Positions 9,227 to 19,049 of a DNA stretch of 64,000 nucleotides are shown piece after piece. Below the pieces are notes generated by a model. The model had not been told where the DNA came from. It made no database searches and saw only the letters and a list, made by a program, of their open reading frames with translations. The DNA comes from Candidatus Marinacidobacterium sp. GTDB taxonomy: Bacteria > Acidobacteriota > Vicinamibacteria > Marinacidobacterales > Marinacidobacteraceae. The position numbers and the translations under genes are program-made. The stretch lies in NCBI GenBank assembly GCA_965220965.1, contig CBDCRI010000001.1, positions 288,001-352,000 on the forward strand, written 5' to 3'. The first letter of the stretch is position 1, and the number at the start of each line of letters is the position of its first letter.

Positions 9227-12200
9227 ATGCGCTGCATTGCCATTGACCTCGAGGTCAAGTCAGACCGCATCGCCGAGCTCGCCGGGGTCGATGCGCGGTC
9301 CGGCGAGGCGTTGAAGCTTTCCTGCGAAGGCCGGACGGGCCGCAACCTGCGCGACGCCCTGGCGCAGCTCGACGAGTTCGCCCGGCCCGGCGACTGCCTC
9401 GTGGGCCACAACCTGATCGACTTCGACCTGCCGCACCTGGCCGCCGCCGCACCCGAGCTGGACCTGCTGCGCATGCCCGTTGTGGACACCTTGCGCCTCA
9501 ACCCCTTGGCCTTCCCGGCCAATCCCTACCACAAGCTCGTCAAGCTCTACCAGGACGGCCGCTGGGTTCGGGGACAGACCAACGACCCGGAACAGGACTC
9601 CCGGCTTGCCCTGAAGCTCCTTGAGTCGCAGCGCGGCGCCCTGCAGGGCGCCGAGCCGGACCTGCTCGCCGCTTGGCATTGGCTGACCGGCGGATCGGCA
9701 TCCGGCCTCGGATTCGACGCCTTCTTCGCGCAGTTGCGAGGCAGCCCCCGCCCGCCAGCCGACGAGGCCCGCGCCGCCATGGACCGGCGCCTTTCGGGCA
9801 GGGTCTGCCGCGCGCAGGGGCGCTCGCTCCCCGTCGGCGGGGAGGACGGCTGGCCGCTGGCCTACGCGCTGGCCTGGCTCTCCGTGGCCGAAGGCAACTC
9901 GGTCCTGCCAGGCTGGGTGCGCCACCGGTTCCCCGCCGCCGGACGGCTGATTCGGCGGCTGCGCGACCGTCCCTGCGCGGATGCGCGCTGCGCGTGGTGC
10001 CGCGAACGCCACGACGCCGCCAAGGAGCTGAAGCGCTGGTTCGGCTTCGACGGCTACCGCACGGCGCCGGCCACGCCCGACGGCGCTTCCATGCAGCGCG
10101 CGGTCGTCGAACGGGCGATGGCCGGCGGGCCGGTGCTGGCCATCCTGCCCACCGGCGCCGGCAAGTCGATCTGCTACCAAGTCCCGGCGCTGTCGCGCCA
10201 CGCCAAGACCGGCGCGCTCACCGTGGTGATCTCGCCCCTGGTGGCCCTCATGGCCGACCAGGTGGCGGGGCTTGAGGCGCGGGGCATCAGCAGCTGCGTC
10301 ACCGTCAACGGCATGCTGACGCCGCCGGAACGGGCCGACGCCCTGGACCGAGTGCGCCTGGGCGACGCCGCGATCCTGCTGACCTCGCCGGAGCAGCTGC
10401 GCAACGAGTCGCTGCGCAAGGCGCTTGGGCAGCGCGAGATTGGCGCCTGGGTGCTCGACGAGGCGCACTGCCTGTCCGCCTGGGGCCACGACTTTCGCCC
10501 CGACTACCGTTTCGTGGGCCGCTTCATTGGCGAGCGCCGCAGCGCCCAAGGCGCGGCGGATCCGCCCCCGCCGGTGACCTGCCTCACCGCCACGGCCCGG
10601 CCGGAGGTCGTGGCCGGCATTCAGGAGCACTTCCGCGAAACGCTGGGCATGGAGTTCACCGTGTTCAACGGCGGCTCCGAGCGCGACAACCTCGAGTTCG
10701 AGGTGCGCCGGACGGACTCGGCCCACAAGCTCGACGACATCCACGAAGCGTTGACGGCGGAGCTGCCGGTCGGGCAACCCGGCGGAGCGATCGTCTACTG
10801 CGCCACCCGCCGCCGGTGCGAGGACGTGGCCGAGCACCTGCGGCGCAAGGGCGCGGATTGCGAGCACTTTCATGCCGGCCTCGCGCCGGAAGCCAAGAAG
10901 CGCATCCAGCAGCGGTTCATCGACGGCGAGGTGCGCGTGATTGCCGCCACCAACGCCTTCGGCATGGGCATCGACAAGCCCGACGTGCGCCTGGTGGTGC
11001 ACGCCGACATCCCCGGGTCGCTGGAGAACTACCTGCAGGAGGCGGGCCGGGCGGGCCGCGACCGGAAGCGCGCGCGCTGCGTGCTGCTCCACGCCGCCGA
11101 CGACCTCGAGCGGCAGTTCGGGATGTCAGCCCGGTCCCGCCTCAGCCGCCGCGAAATCCAGGGCGTCCTCAAGGCGTTGCGTCGCGTCGGCGACCGGCAG
11201 CGAGACCCCGTGGTCGTGGCCACCCCCGGGGAGATTCTGGTGGACGATGAGGACGGGGCCTTCGAGCGCGACAGCGCCACGGACGACACCCGGGTGAGGA
11301 CCGCGGTGTCCTGGCTGGAGGAGGCGGCGCTCCTGCGCCGGGAGGAGAACCGGGTGAAGGTGTTTCCGTCGTCGTTGCGGGTGCGCTCGGCGGACGAGGC
11401 GAAGCGCAGGCTCGATGCGAAGGCAGGCCTCACCCAAAGCCGCCGCGATGCCCTGCTGCGCATCGTGCGGGCGCTGATTGCCGCGGACCCGGACGAGGGC
11501 GTCTCCACCGACGAGCTGATGGGCATTGCGCGGCTGGACTCCCCCGGCGTTCGCAACGGCCTGCATGACCTGGAGCACTTCGGCTTGGTCGCCAACGACA
11601 TGGCCTTGACCGCGTACGTCCATGTGGCCATGAAGGAGTCATCCCAACGACGGCTGAAGCGGGCCTGCGAACTGGAGGCGGCGCTGATCGCGCTGATGCG
11701 GGAGCAGTCCCCGGACCTCGCCAAGGGGGAGGCCCAGGACCTGCACCTGCGCGTCGCCGCGCAACGGCTGAGGAACGGCGGCCTCGCCCAAACGCCGCCC
11801 GATCGGCTGTCGCGCATCCTGCGCAGCCTCGAACGGGACGGGCGCGGCGATGAGCGGGCTGAGGAGGGGTCCGGGGGCAGCATCAAGCTGCACCGCCCGA
11901 ACCGCGAACTGGCCCGAATCACGCTGCTTCGGTCATGGCGCGCCCTGGCCCGCACTGCGGAACGGCGCCGCGACGCGGCCGGCCTGCTGCTCGACCACTT
12001 GCTGGCCGCCCTGCCCAAGGGCGCCCGGGGCGCCGACCAGCTGGCGGAGACCACCCTTGGCAAGCTGCGGCAGGCGCTGGCCGAGGACATGGTGCTGAAC
12101 GTCGAGGCCGGGAACTTGGGCAAGCTGCTCGACCGAGCCCTGCTCTGGCTGCATGAGCAGGAGGTCATCCGGCTCAATCGGGGGCTCACGGTGTTCCAGC

Positions 12201-14434
12201 CCGCCATGACCGTCCGCCTTGAGGGCCGGCCCGGAACGGGCGCCCGCCGCCGGCAGTTCGGGCCCGCGGACTTCGAGCCTTTGGCGCTCCACTACCAGGA
12301 GCAGGTGCGGCAGACGCACATCATGGCGGAGTTCGCGGCCCGCGGCCTGCAGGCCCCCGCCGACGCGCTGCGCCTGGCGAGGGACTACTTCGGGCTGGAG
12401 CGCGGCGCCTTCCTCGACCGCTGGCTGCCCAATCGCGGTTCAGGGATCAAGCGCGAGACCACCCCGGACAGCTGGACGGCAATCGTTGGCGGCTTGAGCC
12501 CGAATCAGCGAGAGATCGTTGCCGACCCCCGGGAGCGCGCCGACGTGCTGGTGCTGGCGGGCCCGGGCGCCGGCAAGACCCGCGTGCTGGCGCATCGGAT
12601 CGCCTACCTGCTGCGGGTTCGGCGCGAACGGCCCCAAGGCATCCTCGCCCTCGCCTACAACCGGCACGCCGCCGTTGAGATTCGGCGACGGATTGAGGGG
12701 CTGGTTGGGTCGGACGCCAAGGGCGTCACGGTGATGACCTGCCACGCCATGGCCATGCGCCTTGCGGGCGCCAGCTTTGCGGCCATGCAGCGCACCGACG
12801 CCGGGGATGCGCGGAACGCGTTCAGGAAGGTGCTGCGCGAGGCCACCGCGCTGCTGCAGGGCGAGGGGCTGCCGCCGGACGAGGCCGACGCCCAGCGCGA
12901 CCGCCTGCTGGCCGGGTTCCGACACATCCTGGTGGACGAGTACCAGGACCTCGACGGGGACCAGTATGAGTTGATCGCCGCCATGGCAGGACGGACCCGC
13001 AACGACCCGGACAGCAAGCTTGCGCTGTTCGCCGTCGGCGACGACGACCAGAACGTGTACGGCTTCATGGGCGCCTCGGTGAAGTTCATCCAGCGCTTCA
13101 AAGAGGACTACGACGCCGAGCCCGTCTACCTGACCGAGAACTACCGCTCAACCGCCCACATCATCGACGCGGCCAACGCCTTGATCGCGCCCGCCGAGCA
13201 CCGGATGAAGCGGGAGCGCCCCATCGAGGTGGACCGCAAGCGGCGCAAGGCGGTGCCGGGCGGCACGTGGGCATCCTGGGACCCGGTCGGCCAAGGCCGG
13301 GTGCAGATCATCCCGGCGGGGGGCGACGACCGGACCCAAGCCCAAGCGGCCATTGCCGAGCTGACGCGCCTGCAGGGCCTGGCGGCCCCACGGAACGCCT
13401 GGGACTGGCGCAACTGCGCGGTGATAGCCCGACGATGGCAAACCCTGGAGCCGGTGCGGAGCCTGTGCGAACTCAAAGGCATCCCCGCACAGATGGCCTC
13501 CGAGGAGACGGGCTACTTCTGGCGGCTTCGGGAAACCCGCGCGCTGCGCGATTGGCTGGCGGAGCGCGCCGGCGGCTTGGTGACGGCCGGCATGCTGGAG
13601 GACTGGGCGGACGCCCAGCACGCCAGCGGCTGGATGGATGCGCTGCTTGAGGCCGTGGCGGCGTTTCGAGCCGAACACGGCGCTGCGGAATGCGCCTTGG
13701 AGGCCTTTCTGGAATGGCTGGCCGAGTGGGGTCGGGACTTCCGGCGCGCCCAACGGGGCTTGCTGCTGGTCACGGCGCACAGCGCCAAGGGGCTGGAATT
13801 CGACCACGTCGTCATTCTCGACGACCAATGGCGCGTGAGCGAGCGCGATGAGGACCCCGACGCCTGGCGGCGCCTGCACTACGTGGCCATGACCCGAGCC
13901 AAGCAAACGCTGGCGTTGGCAAGCCTCGACCGGGAGGGCCGCGCGCGCCGCCACGGCAATCCGCAGCCGCGCCAGCCGCGTGCCACGCCGGCAGTCCCTT
14001 TGGAACTGCGCGACCGGGCTTGCGCACTGCTTCGCCCGGCGGCGGAACTCCCGCCGCCACCGCCCGAGCTGGGCCGCATCCGCGAGGCGCTGACCCTGGC
14101 GGACGTGAACCTGGGCTTTCCCGGCCGGCACGTCCCCAGCCACGCAATCCACGGCGCCATTCGCCGGCTGCGGCAGCATGACCCGCTAGACGTCCTCACC
14201 GACCGCAGCCCTTGGGAACTGGCCACCAAGGCGGGACAGGTCATCGGCCGGCTGGCCAAGCAGTACGAGCCAAAGGGGCAAGTTCAATCGGCCCGGGTCC
14301 ACGCGGTGGTCGGCTGGGGGCGAGACGACAGCGCGCCCGAATTCCAGGAGGGCCTGCCATGCGACGAGTGGGAGGTGGTGGTCCCCGAGCTGGTGTTCGA
14401 TTCGACAACTGGCGATGGGGCGCAAGGGCGCTAG
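9227..14434 (+). CDS. RecQ-family helicase fused to a UvrD-like helicase, with an N-terminal exonuclease-like domain
   Basis: N-terminal IDLE..GHN...FD. RecQ motifs LPTGAGKS, DEAHC..WGHDFRPDY, AFGMGIDKPDVR, QEAGRAGRD. UvrD motifs AGPGAGKT, VDEYQD, VGDDDQ, ENYRS, HSAKGLEFD, YVAMTRAK. Confidence 0.92.
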   Translation: MRCIAIDLEVKSDRIAELAGVDARSGEALKLSCEGRTGRNLRDALAQLDEFARPGDCLVGHNLIDFDLPHLAAAAPELDLLRMPVVDTLRLNPLAFPANPYHKLVKLYQDGRWVRGQTNDPEQDSRLALKLLESQRGALQGAEPDLLAAWHWLTGGSASGLGFDAFFAQLRGSPRPPADEARAAMDRRLSGRVCRAQGRSLPVGGEDGWPLAYALAWLSVAEGNSVLPGWVRHRFPAAGRLIRRLRDRPCADARCAWCRERHDAAKELKRWFGFDGYRTAPATPDGASMQRAVVERAMAGGPVLAILPTGAGKSICYQVPALSRHAKTGALTVVISPLVALMADQVAGLEARGISSCVTVNGMLTPPERADALDRVRLGDAAILLTSPEQLRNESLRKALGQREIGAWVLDEAHCLSAWGHDFRPDYRFVGRFIGERRSAQGAADPPPPVTCLTATARPEVVAGIQEHFRETLGMEFTVFNGGSERDNLEFEVRRTDSAHKLDDIHEALTAELPVGQPGGAIVYCATRRRCEDVAEHLRRKGADCEHFHAGLAPEAKKRIQQRFIDGEVRVIAATNAFGMGIDKPDVRLVVHADIPGSLENYLQEAGRAGRDRKRARCVLLHAADDLERQFGMSARSRLSRREIQGVLKALRRVGDRQRDPVVVATPGEILVDDEDGAFERDSATDDTRVRTAVSWLEEAALLRREENRVKVFPSSLRVRSADEAKRRLDAKAGLTQSRRDALLRIVRALIAADPDEGVSTDELMGIARLDSPGVRNGLHDLEHFGLVANDMALTAYVHVAMKESSQRRLKRACELEAALIALMREQSPDLAKGEAQDLHLRVAAQRLRNGGLAQTPPDRLSRILRSLERDGRGDERAEEGSGGSIKLHRPNRELARITLLRSWRALARTAERRRDAAGLLLDHLLAALPKGARGADQLAETTLGKLRQALAEDMVLNVEAGNLGKLLDRALLWLHEQEVIRLNRGLTVFQPAMTVRLEGRPGTGARRRQFGPADFEPLALHYQEQVRQTHIMAEFAARGLQAPADALRLARDYFGLERGAFLDRWLPNRGSGIKRETTPDSWTAIVGGLSPNQREIVADPRERADVLVLAGPGAGKTRVLAHRIAYLLRVRRERPQGILALAYNRHAAVEIRRRIEGLVGSDAKGVTVMTCHAMAMRLAGASFAAMQRTDAGDARNAFRKVLREATALLQGEGLPPDEADAQRDRLLAGFRHILVDEYQDLDGDQYELIAAMAGRTRNDPDSKLALFAVGDDDQNVYGFMGASVKFIQRFKEDYDAEPVYLTENYRSTAHIIDAANALIAPAEHRMKRERPIEVDRKRRKAVPGGTWASWDPVGQGRVQIIPAGGDDRTQAQAAIAELTRLQGLAAPRNAWDWRNCAVIARRWQTLEPVRSLCELKGIPAQMASEETGYFWRLRETRALRDWLAERAGGLVTAGMLEDWADAQHASGWMDALLEAVAAFRAEHGAAECALEAFLEWLAEWGRDFRRAQRGLLLVTAHSAKGLEFDHVVILDDQWRVSERDEDPDAWRRLHYVAMTRAKQTLALASLDREGRARRHGNPQPRQPRATPAVPLELRDRACALLRPAAELPPPPPELGRIREALTLADVNLGFPGRHVPSHAIHGAIRRLRQHDPLDVLTDRSPWELATKAGQVIGRLAKQYEPKGQVQSARVHAVVGWGRDDSAPEFQEGLPCDEWEVVVPELVFDSTTGDGAQGR

Positions 14435-14669
14435 AGGCAGACCGGAAGCCGCGCCAACAAGCGCATCACCGCCCTTCGAGGAAAGGGCGCCCGGCGCCGA
14501 GTCCACCGGGCTCCCGATTCCGTCCGCTTGGCGACGCCGCCCTCGCCCAAGCGGAGCCTCCGAGCAGGACGGGGCGAGCAATGCGCCCACGAAGGGGAAG
14601 GCGCTGCAAGTTGCCCAAAACCGTGCTTTAGCGTTAAGCTTTTGGCTCGTTCGAACCGAGGCCTGCCTC

Positions 14670-15245
14670 ATGCGACTTCGCGATGCCGTTCGCGTCCTGG
14701 TCCTCGGCAAGGGGCGCCAAAGGCAGATATTGACCTCCAGCGACCTAGCCTGCCTCTTCCCTGAGGACTCTCCAGCGGCTCTCGCAAGGGGCGTTCGGTC
14801 GCTGGTTGACGTGGGGTTGCTGTCGCGGGTGACGCACGGCGTTTACGTGAACTGCGCCGCTGCGCCGATGGGGTTGGAGGCCCCCGGCCGCCTTGTGGCG
14901 CACATCCGCCCCCACGACGTCAGCTACCTGTCCTACGAGTCCGCCTTGAGTTGGCATGGGGCGATCAATCCCATCCCGCACGTGGAGACGTTCGCCACCA
15001 CGGGCCGTAGCGGTCGATTCAAAACCCTGGTCGCGCACTTGGAGCTGACGCACACCAGGCGCACGCCAAAGGAGATATTCGCCCGGACGCTCTTCAGGAA
15101 GGACTTGCGCTGCCGGGTTGCGTCGCCCGACCTGGCCCTTGAGGACCAGCGCCGCGTCCGTCCCTACATGATCGGATGCCACGTCGAGGAGGTCTATCTG
15201 AGCGAAGCGCGCGCCGACTGGCGGGAGATGGGAGGCCCTCATTGA
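14670..15245 (+). CDS. AbiEi-like (type IV TA) antitoxin
   Basis: wHTH-type L.RV..GVY and YLSYESALSWHG motifs. Its stop overlaps the start of the next gene (TGATG). Confidence 0.75.
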   Translation: MRLRDAVRVLVLGKGRQRQILTSSDLACLFPEDSPAALARGVRSLVDVGLLSRVTHGVYVNCAAAPMGLEAPGRLVAHIRPHDVSYLSYESALSWHGAINPIPHVETFATTGRSGRFKTLVAHLELTHTRRTPKEIFARTLFRKDLRCRVASPDLALEDQRRVRPYMIGCHVEEVYLSEARADWREMGGPH

Positions 15246-16204
15246 TGAACAGCTTCATCCACGACCAAGCGGCGGCGATTGTCCAGAACAAAAAGGACCT
15301 CGTTACGCACCTTCGGTCCGTGCGAAAGGAGATCGTTCAGCTGCATGTCCTGCGCGCCCTCAACAGCAGCGGGATTCTCGATGAGATCACCTTCATGGGC
15401 GGCACCTGCCTGCGGCTTTGCCACGGCGGCATCAGGTTCAGTGAGGACTTGGGCTTTCGCGGCGGCGGCTTTGACGGCCTCGCGAACGGCTTGGGGGCCA
15501 CGCTTCAAGACGCCCTTCTGAAGCGCGGCATCAATGCCGATGTCCGCCCTGCTGGGGCGCCCGGCAGGGCGAAGGGAGGCGTGGAGCGCTGGTGGGTGCG
15601 AGTCGTCGTCAGGAAGGATGCCCCCAAGGACCAGCCCTCTGTCGAGCGAATCAAAATCGAGATTAACGCCCGAACGCGTCCGGAGGAGCGCGAACTCGGC
15701 CACTTGGCCGACCGTTTCGGCGAGCTGTCGGGAGACCTGTCGGAAGCCCCCCTGATCCATTGCATGCCCATGCTGGACATTTGCGCTGACAAGCTCGCGG
15801 CCTTTCCGTTGAGCGTCGTCCAGCGCCCAGAGAATCCGCGCTACAGGGATGTGTTTGACTTGGCTTGGGCGTTGCCCCGGCTTGACGATGGAGCCGTGCC
15901 GGACCGTGCGGCGGAGGTGGCCAGCCAACGAGGACTGGCGCCGGACGTGCGCGACGCCATCTCAAAAACGCTGCCAAAGCTGCGCGCGATTGTGGAGTCC
16001 GAAGAATACCGACGCAAGATTTCCCCCTTTTTGACTGACAGCGTGGCTGAAAGGACAGTGCGCGACGCGGAGTACAGGCGCAATTCGATCCAAGCATTGA
16101 GGCGGCAGCTGGATCTGTTGGACCGAGCGCTCGCGCTCCTTGGCCGTGGCCAGCGCGGCAGGCCGACCCAAGGCGGCGTTCGCCGCCGGCCCCCTTCCCC
16201 CTGA
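15245..16204 (+). CDS. AbiEii-family nucleotidyltransferase toxin (catalytic DxD altered)
   Basis: FMGGTCLRL..G..RFSEDLGF, KIEI, ADKL.A and RYRDVFDL motifs. Ends RRRPPSP. Confidence 0.85.
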   Translation: MNSFIHDQAAAIVQNKKDLVTHLRSVRKEIVQLHVLRALNSSGILDEITFMGGTCLRLCHGGIRFSEDLGFRGGGFDGLANGLGATLQDALLKRGINADVRPAGAPGRAKGGVERWWVRVVVRKDAPKDQPSVERIKIEINARTRPEERELGHLADRFGELSGDLSEAPLIHCMPMLDICADKLAAFPLSVVQRPENPRYRDVFDLAWALPRLDDGAVPDRAAEVASQRGLAPDVRDAISKTLPKLRAIVESEEYRRKISPFLTDSVAERTVRDAEYRRNSIQALRRQLDLLDRALALLGRGQRGRPTQGGVRRRPPSP

Positions 16205-16605
16205 CCGTCGGCGCATCGCCTAGACGCACGCGCAGGCTTGTGGCCGAACTGTCCAACGGACTGACCGCCCCCCCCTCCCGCATCCCAAGCGCATTGGCCA
16301 TGCGAATTCGAGATGGCCTTGAGTTGGACAGGCCTGAGTCAAAGGGAGTGTGCGGGTTGTTGAAGACCGCTCGGGACAGCGCTATCATGCCGTCATCCGG
16401 ACGCGGCCTCATTGAAGCCAAGGCAAAGCCATCTGATCCGCACCTTCCGCGTTCGGCAGCCAGCTCCGCCGCTGGATGCGGCCAGCCACCTTGCTATGGC
16501 GGCGCTGGCGCCCTTCCCTTCCTTGTTTCGCGCGGATGCCCTCTGGCCCCAAACGCGGCCCCGGCTGAAGCCGAGCCGGGAGCGCCCCCAAGTCGGCCTC
16601 GCGCG

Positions 16606-17448
16606 CTAAAACCGCAAACCCACCGATGACCTGGCGCGGCGCATGCGATCCATTCGCTTGGTCTCGACGTCCCGCACCCGGCGCCATTCCCGGGTTCCTA
16701 TCAATTGGGCTGCGCGGTCCCACCGGGCATCGCGGCCGCGGGTCCGCTCCTCGACGATCAACGTGTTGCCGATGCCCGGCATGGACGCGTTCAGCTTGTC
16801 GCCAAATCGAATCAACAATTCGCGTTCCTCATGCGGAGCCATCCGCGTGTTCGGCATGACCATGTTGACGGCGCATTGATGCAGGAACGGCTCGTCGGGA
16901 AACCGCCTCCCGTGCCGGGCCATCAATTGCGCGACGCCTGGCGCGGGCTCCAGCATGAATGGCGAATTGCGCACGCCAGAACGGACAGCCCAATCATTGA
17001 GCACATGGTGAAACATCGTGCCGCAGTTGTTGGTCATCAAGCCTTCCGCGCCGCCGGCCAGAGCATCCGCGACGATCAGCATGTCGTTGACGGCGCCCGC
17101 GTCCGTCCTTGCCTTGAAAGCCTCGGTCGGCAAGCGGTCGATCCATTGCTCCCGATCGCTTTCGGTCTTGGCTGCGCAAACGTCGAAGACGCCCGATGGG
17201 CCAAGAAAGTCAGTGTCGAGCCAATCCGTGACTCTTTCCCGCACCATGTCGCCATAGTCGTCGGACCACTCGGATGTGCGTTCGCGGATGAACTGGCGCT
17301 CTGAGTAAGCCACCAGCCTGAGCATTTCGGTGCGAACCGCAGGGGTGATGGCCAGGCGTTCGCCGGTTGCCGCGCTCAAACCCATCAGAAAGCGCCGCGG
17401 GGCCGCACAAGCGACCAAACTGCAGTCGATCACGCAGAGGGACGCCAT
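16606..17448 (-). CDS. PIN-like domain protein (copy 1 of 3)
   Basis: VIDCS / TPAVRTE / NDMLIVADA / LMTNN pattern resembles the PIN acidic-residue layout. Similar to 17829..18686 and 62814..63706. Confidence 0.65.
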   Translation of the reverse strand: MASLCVIDCSLVACAAPRRFLMGLSAATGERLAITPAVRTEMLRLVAYSERQFIRERTSEWSDDYGDMVRERVTDWLDTDFLGPSGVFDVCAAKTESDREQWIDRLPTEAFKARTDAGAVNDMLIVADALAGGAEGLMTNNCGTMFHHVLNDWAVRSGVRNSPFMLEPAPGVAQLMARHGRRFPDEPFLHQCAVNMVMPNTRMAPHEERELLIRFGDKLNASMPGIGNTLIVEERTRGRDARWDRAAQLIGTREWRRVRDVETKRMDRMRRARSSVGLRF

Positions 17449-17696
17449 CGCTGCGCGAAACCGGGCGACCGGCCCACTCGCCTGCGGTCGATTTCGGCAA
17501 GGGTTTCAGGCATGTTTTCGCGATCGGCGAGCCATTCGGAAACTTGTTCGCCGGTCCATCCGAAACGGTTGGCAAGGCGTTCGGCCAAGCGGCCTGCAAG
17601 CCCGCCCTCAACGGCCCGAACCGCGTTCAGTCGGAGACCCTGCGCTTGCAGGGCGTCTTGGCCAGATGCGTTCATGGCGGCAGCTTGTGCCCCCAT
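17430..17696 (-). CDS. Small protein, putative antitoxin of the PIN-like gene
   Basis: 88-aa ORF overlapping the start of the PIN-like gene, a typical TA layout. Start is uncertain. Confidence 0.5.
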   Translation of the reverse strand: MGAQAAAMNASGQDALQAQGLRLNAVRAVEGGLAGRLAERLANRFGWTGEQVSEWLADRENMPETLAEIDRRRVGRSPGFAQRWRPSA

Positions 17697-17828
17697 GCCC
17701 GCACTGTCAACTTCCGCTAGGGGGTGCCTGGAGCCACAACTGGGTCCGATCCAAGCTTCAAGGCGCCCTTCTCAAGCGCGGGGTCAAGGCGGGCGTCCGC
17801 CAGGCCGGGGCGTCCGCAGGACCGCGCC

Positions 17829-18686
17829 TCAGCGCAGGCCCGCGTCCTCCAAGGCGGCGCGCACGTCCGCCAGACGCCGGGCCTCCGCCGCACGCGCCCT
17901 GCCGGGCAGCGCGGCGCGCACCATTGCGAAGGTCGCCGCGGGGTCGCGGTCGGCCTGAAGCTCCTGAAGGACGCGCCGGCCCATGTAGTCCAGCCCGGCC
18001 TCCCTGAGCTGCGCGGCGTTCCGCTCGATGATGCGCAGGTCGTCCTCGGAGGGCGCCTCGGGCAGGAACGCGCCGAGCATCCAGTGGTAGAGCGCCTGGT
18101 CGCCCGCCGACTCCTCAAGCCTCTGGTGGGCGAGCCCGTTGGCCTGCACGAGCCGCCTTCGATCCGTCCAGCCGTTGTCCCTGAGCCAGTTGTTGAGGCG
18201 CACGTGGCGGATGGTCCGCTCATCCTCCGTGAGGAGCAGCGTGCGCTCCGTGACCGCGGCCTCGGCCACCATGCGCCGGTCCACCTCCTTGCGCGGGCCG
18301 TCCTTGCCCACGAACAGTTCATCGGGCATCGCCAAGTAGAGCTCGAAGGCCGCCAGATCCTCCTCTGCGGAAAGCGGCTGCGTCGCGAACATGCCTCCCG
18401 GCCGGTCGAGCTCGGCCCTGAACCACGCCCGGGCCGCCCGCTCCGCGGCGACCAGCGCGTCCCGTTGCGTGGCCGGGGGAACCTGCGTTCGGCCGAACTC
18501 ACGCCTGAGCCGACGCCTCTCGGAGGCGCCCACGCAACGCTCGAGCTCATCCACGACCGCGTTCAGCACGCGGATGCGTCGGCGTCCGTTGTCCGCCATG
18601 GCCATGTTGACCCGGCGCTGCGGCGGGTCGGCAAGGTTGTTCGAATCGTGGGCGACGCTCGCCAGCTCGGGGGCATCGGGCCACAT
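17829..18686 (-). CDS. PIN-like domain protein (copy 2 of 3)
   Basis: AHDSN / AVVDEL / VDRRMVAEA / LLTED..TI.H..LN.W. GGAGG lies upstream of ATG 18686. Confidence 0.65.
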   Translation of the reverse strand: MWPDAPELASVAHDSNNLADPPQRRVNMAMADNGRRRIRVLNAVVDELERCVGASERRRLRREFGRTQVPPATQRDALVAAERAARAWFRAELDRPGGMFATQPLSAEEDLAAFELYLAMPDELFVGKDGPRKEVDRRMVAEAAVTERTLLLTEDERTIRHVRLNNWLRDNGWTDRRRLVQANGLAHQRLEESAGDQALYHWMLGAFLPEAPSEDDLRIIERNAAQLREAGLDYMGRRVLQELQADRDPAATFAMVRAALPGRARAAEARRLADVRAALEDAGLR

Positions 18687-18691
18687 GCCCG

Positions 18692-18907
18692 TCACAGCCT
18701 CCCCGTCTTGGCGTCCTCCCGCGCCCTGAACCGTCGGTCGGCCTCCCAAAGGTAGGCTGCGGACACCGGGCAGGTGGTGCGCACGACGGGGTCGTCATAT
18801 CCCGCCATGACCGTCTCGATGTCGCCCTCGGTCACGCCCAGCGCCCTAAGGAGCGGCGGATAGCCGTCCCGGAGCCGGGCTTCGCTGGCGGATGCCTTGG
18901 GGGTCAT
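18692..18907 (-). CDS. Small protein, putative antitoxin
   Basis: 71 aa (MTPKASASE...), directly upstream of PIN-like copy 2. An extended -10 (TGTTACAAT, minus strand) lies at ~18947-18955. Confidence 0.5.
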   Translation of the reverse strand: MTPKASASEARLRDGYPPLLRALGVTEGDIETVMAGYDDPVVRTTCPVSAAYLWEADRRFRAREDAKTGRL

Positions 18908-19049
18908 GGGGCGCTTTGGCCTCGCGTCGCGTGGAACGTGGCGTCCATTGTAACAGCCACCGCGCGGCAGCCCACCGTTGGCCCCGGCCCGCGCCGGAAT
19001 TGCTTGAATGCAGGCGCGAACAGCACTTTCAGCCGCCGGAGGCCCCGCC

